Source: Azolla caroliniana (lineage: Eukaryota > Plantae > Polypodiophyta). From it: a stretch of DNA of 64,000 nt. How positions within the stretch are numbered: position 1 is the stretch's first letter; every line of letters begins with the position of its first letter. This document shows, piece by piece, positions 63,478 through 64,000 of this stretch. The translations under genes were made by a program, and so were the position numbers. Under the pieces are notes generated by a model. That model had not been told where the DNA came from. It ran no database searches and was given only the letters and a program-made list of their open reading frames with translations. Location of the stretch: NCBI GenBank assembly GCA_043228905.1, contig JBHGNT010000011.1, forward strand, positions 21,886,001-21,950,000, given 5' to 3'.

Positions 63478-64000
63478 CTAATCTCCTTCATGAATTTTGG
63501 GGAGAAGCATTAAAAACCACGGTTCATATATGTAATCGTTCTCCCAACAAGTCCTTAAAGGATGGAATCCCTAAGGATGTTTGGTCTGGCAAACCAGCCT
63601 CATATGACCATTTACGAATTTTCGGTTGTGATGCATTTGTACACATTAGAAGTGAGCTGAGAAACAAGCTCGATGCTTAGTCTACTATGGGCATTTTTAT
63701 GGGCTATGGTGATGAAGGTGAAATGGGCTATAGGATTTGGTTACCTCAGTCCAGACAAATTGTATGCAGCCGGGATGTTCTTTTTAATGAAGAAAAATTG
63801 TGGAAAAATGCTTGTTCCTTTGTTGGGAACTCTAAGAGCGTTACATTTCAAGAATTACAGCCATCCACAAAATCTAAAAATAAACCTCATGATGCTATAC
63901 CAAATGTTGAATATGATGATCAACCGGTTATCCTTGAGCTAGAAGAAGTTTGACAGCAAAGAGATGCTCATGAAGGTGTTGGACAATGAGATGAAGGTAC

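Larger units (their letters stand above)
55616..64000 (+). mobile_element. Ty1/copia family A copy 2, degraded, no 5' LTR, interrupted by nested elements, continues past the window end
   Basis: 55616-57084, 58183-58208 and 63483-64000 are colinear with the reverse complement of ~3892-1477. It has stops and a ~380-bp deletion at ~56568 that removes the protease domain. Confidence 0.95.

Overview
Eukaryotic land-plant nuclear DNA; the PPR style and TE load suggest a seed-free vascular plant such as a fern (inference only). Host genes: an intronless DUF4408/DUF761 (cotton-fibre-expressed-like) gene (12441-13748 +), a 9-exon SRP receptor alpha (29941-33937 +), a 4-exon chloroplast atypical thioredoxin of the ACHT/Lilium type with WCGSC (36304-39695 +), an intronless P-class PPR (42713-44611 -), an intronless PLS-E PPR without DYW (46641-48740 -), and the first three exons of a GT32 alpha-1,4-glycosyltransferase (50191-53832 +) whose remaining exons are not in the window. 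Transposons are deeply nested. A Ty1/copia element (family A) occupies 1-4345 (-). A second family-A copy (55616-64000 +) carries a hAT-type MITE, which holds a second MITE, and also a full-length copia of another family (58209-63477, CTAAT TSD). A putative TIR element (18062-29425) contains an L1-type LINE, which contains a hAT MITE. Most notable: the LINE's 16-19 bp target-site duplication and A-tail lie 2.3 kb beyond the ORF2 stop, so the retrotransposed unit includes a tandem-repeat block and a decayed PLS-PPR fragment. This looks like LINE-mediated 3' transduction of PPR sequence. All alignments and translations were done by eye.
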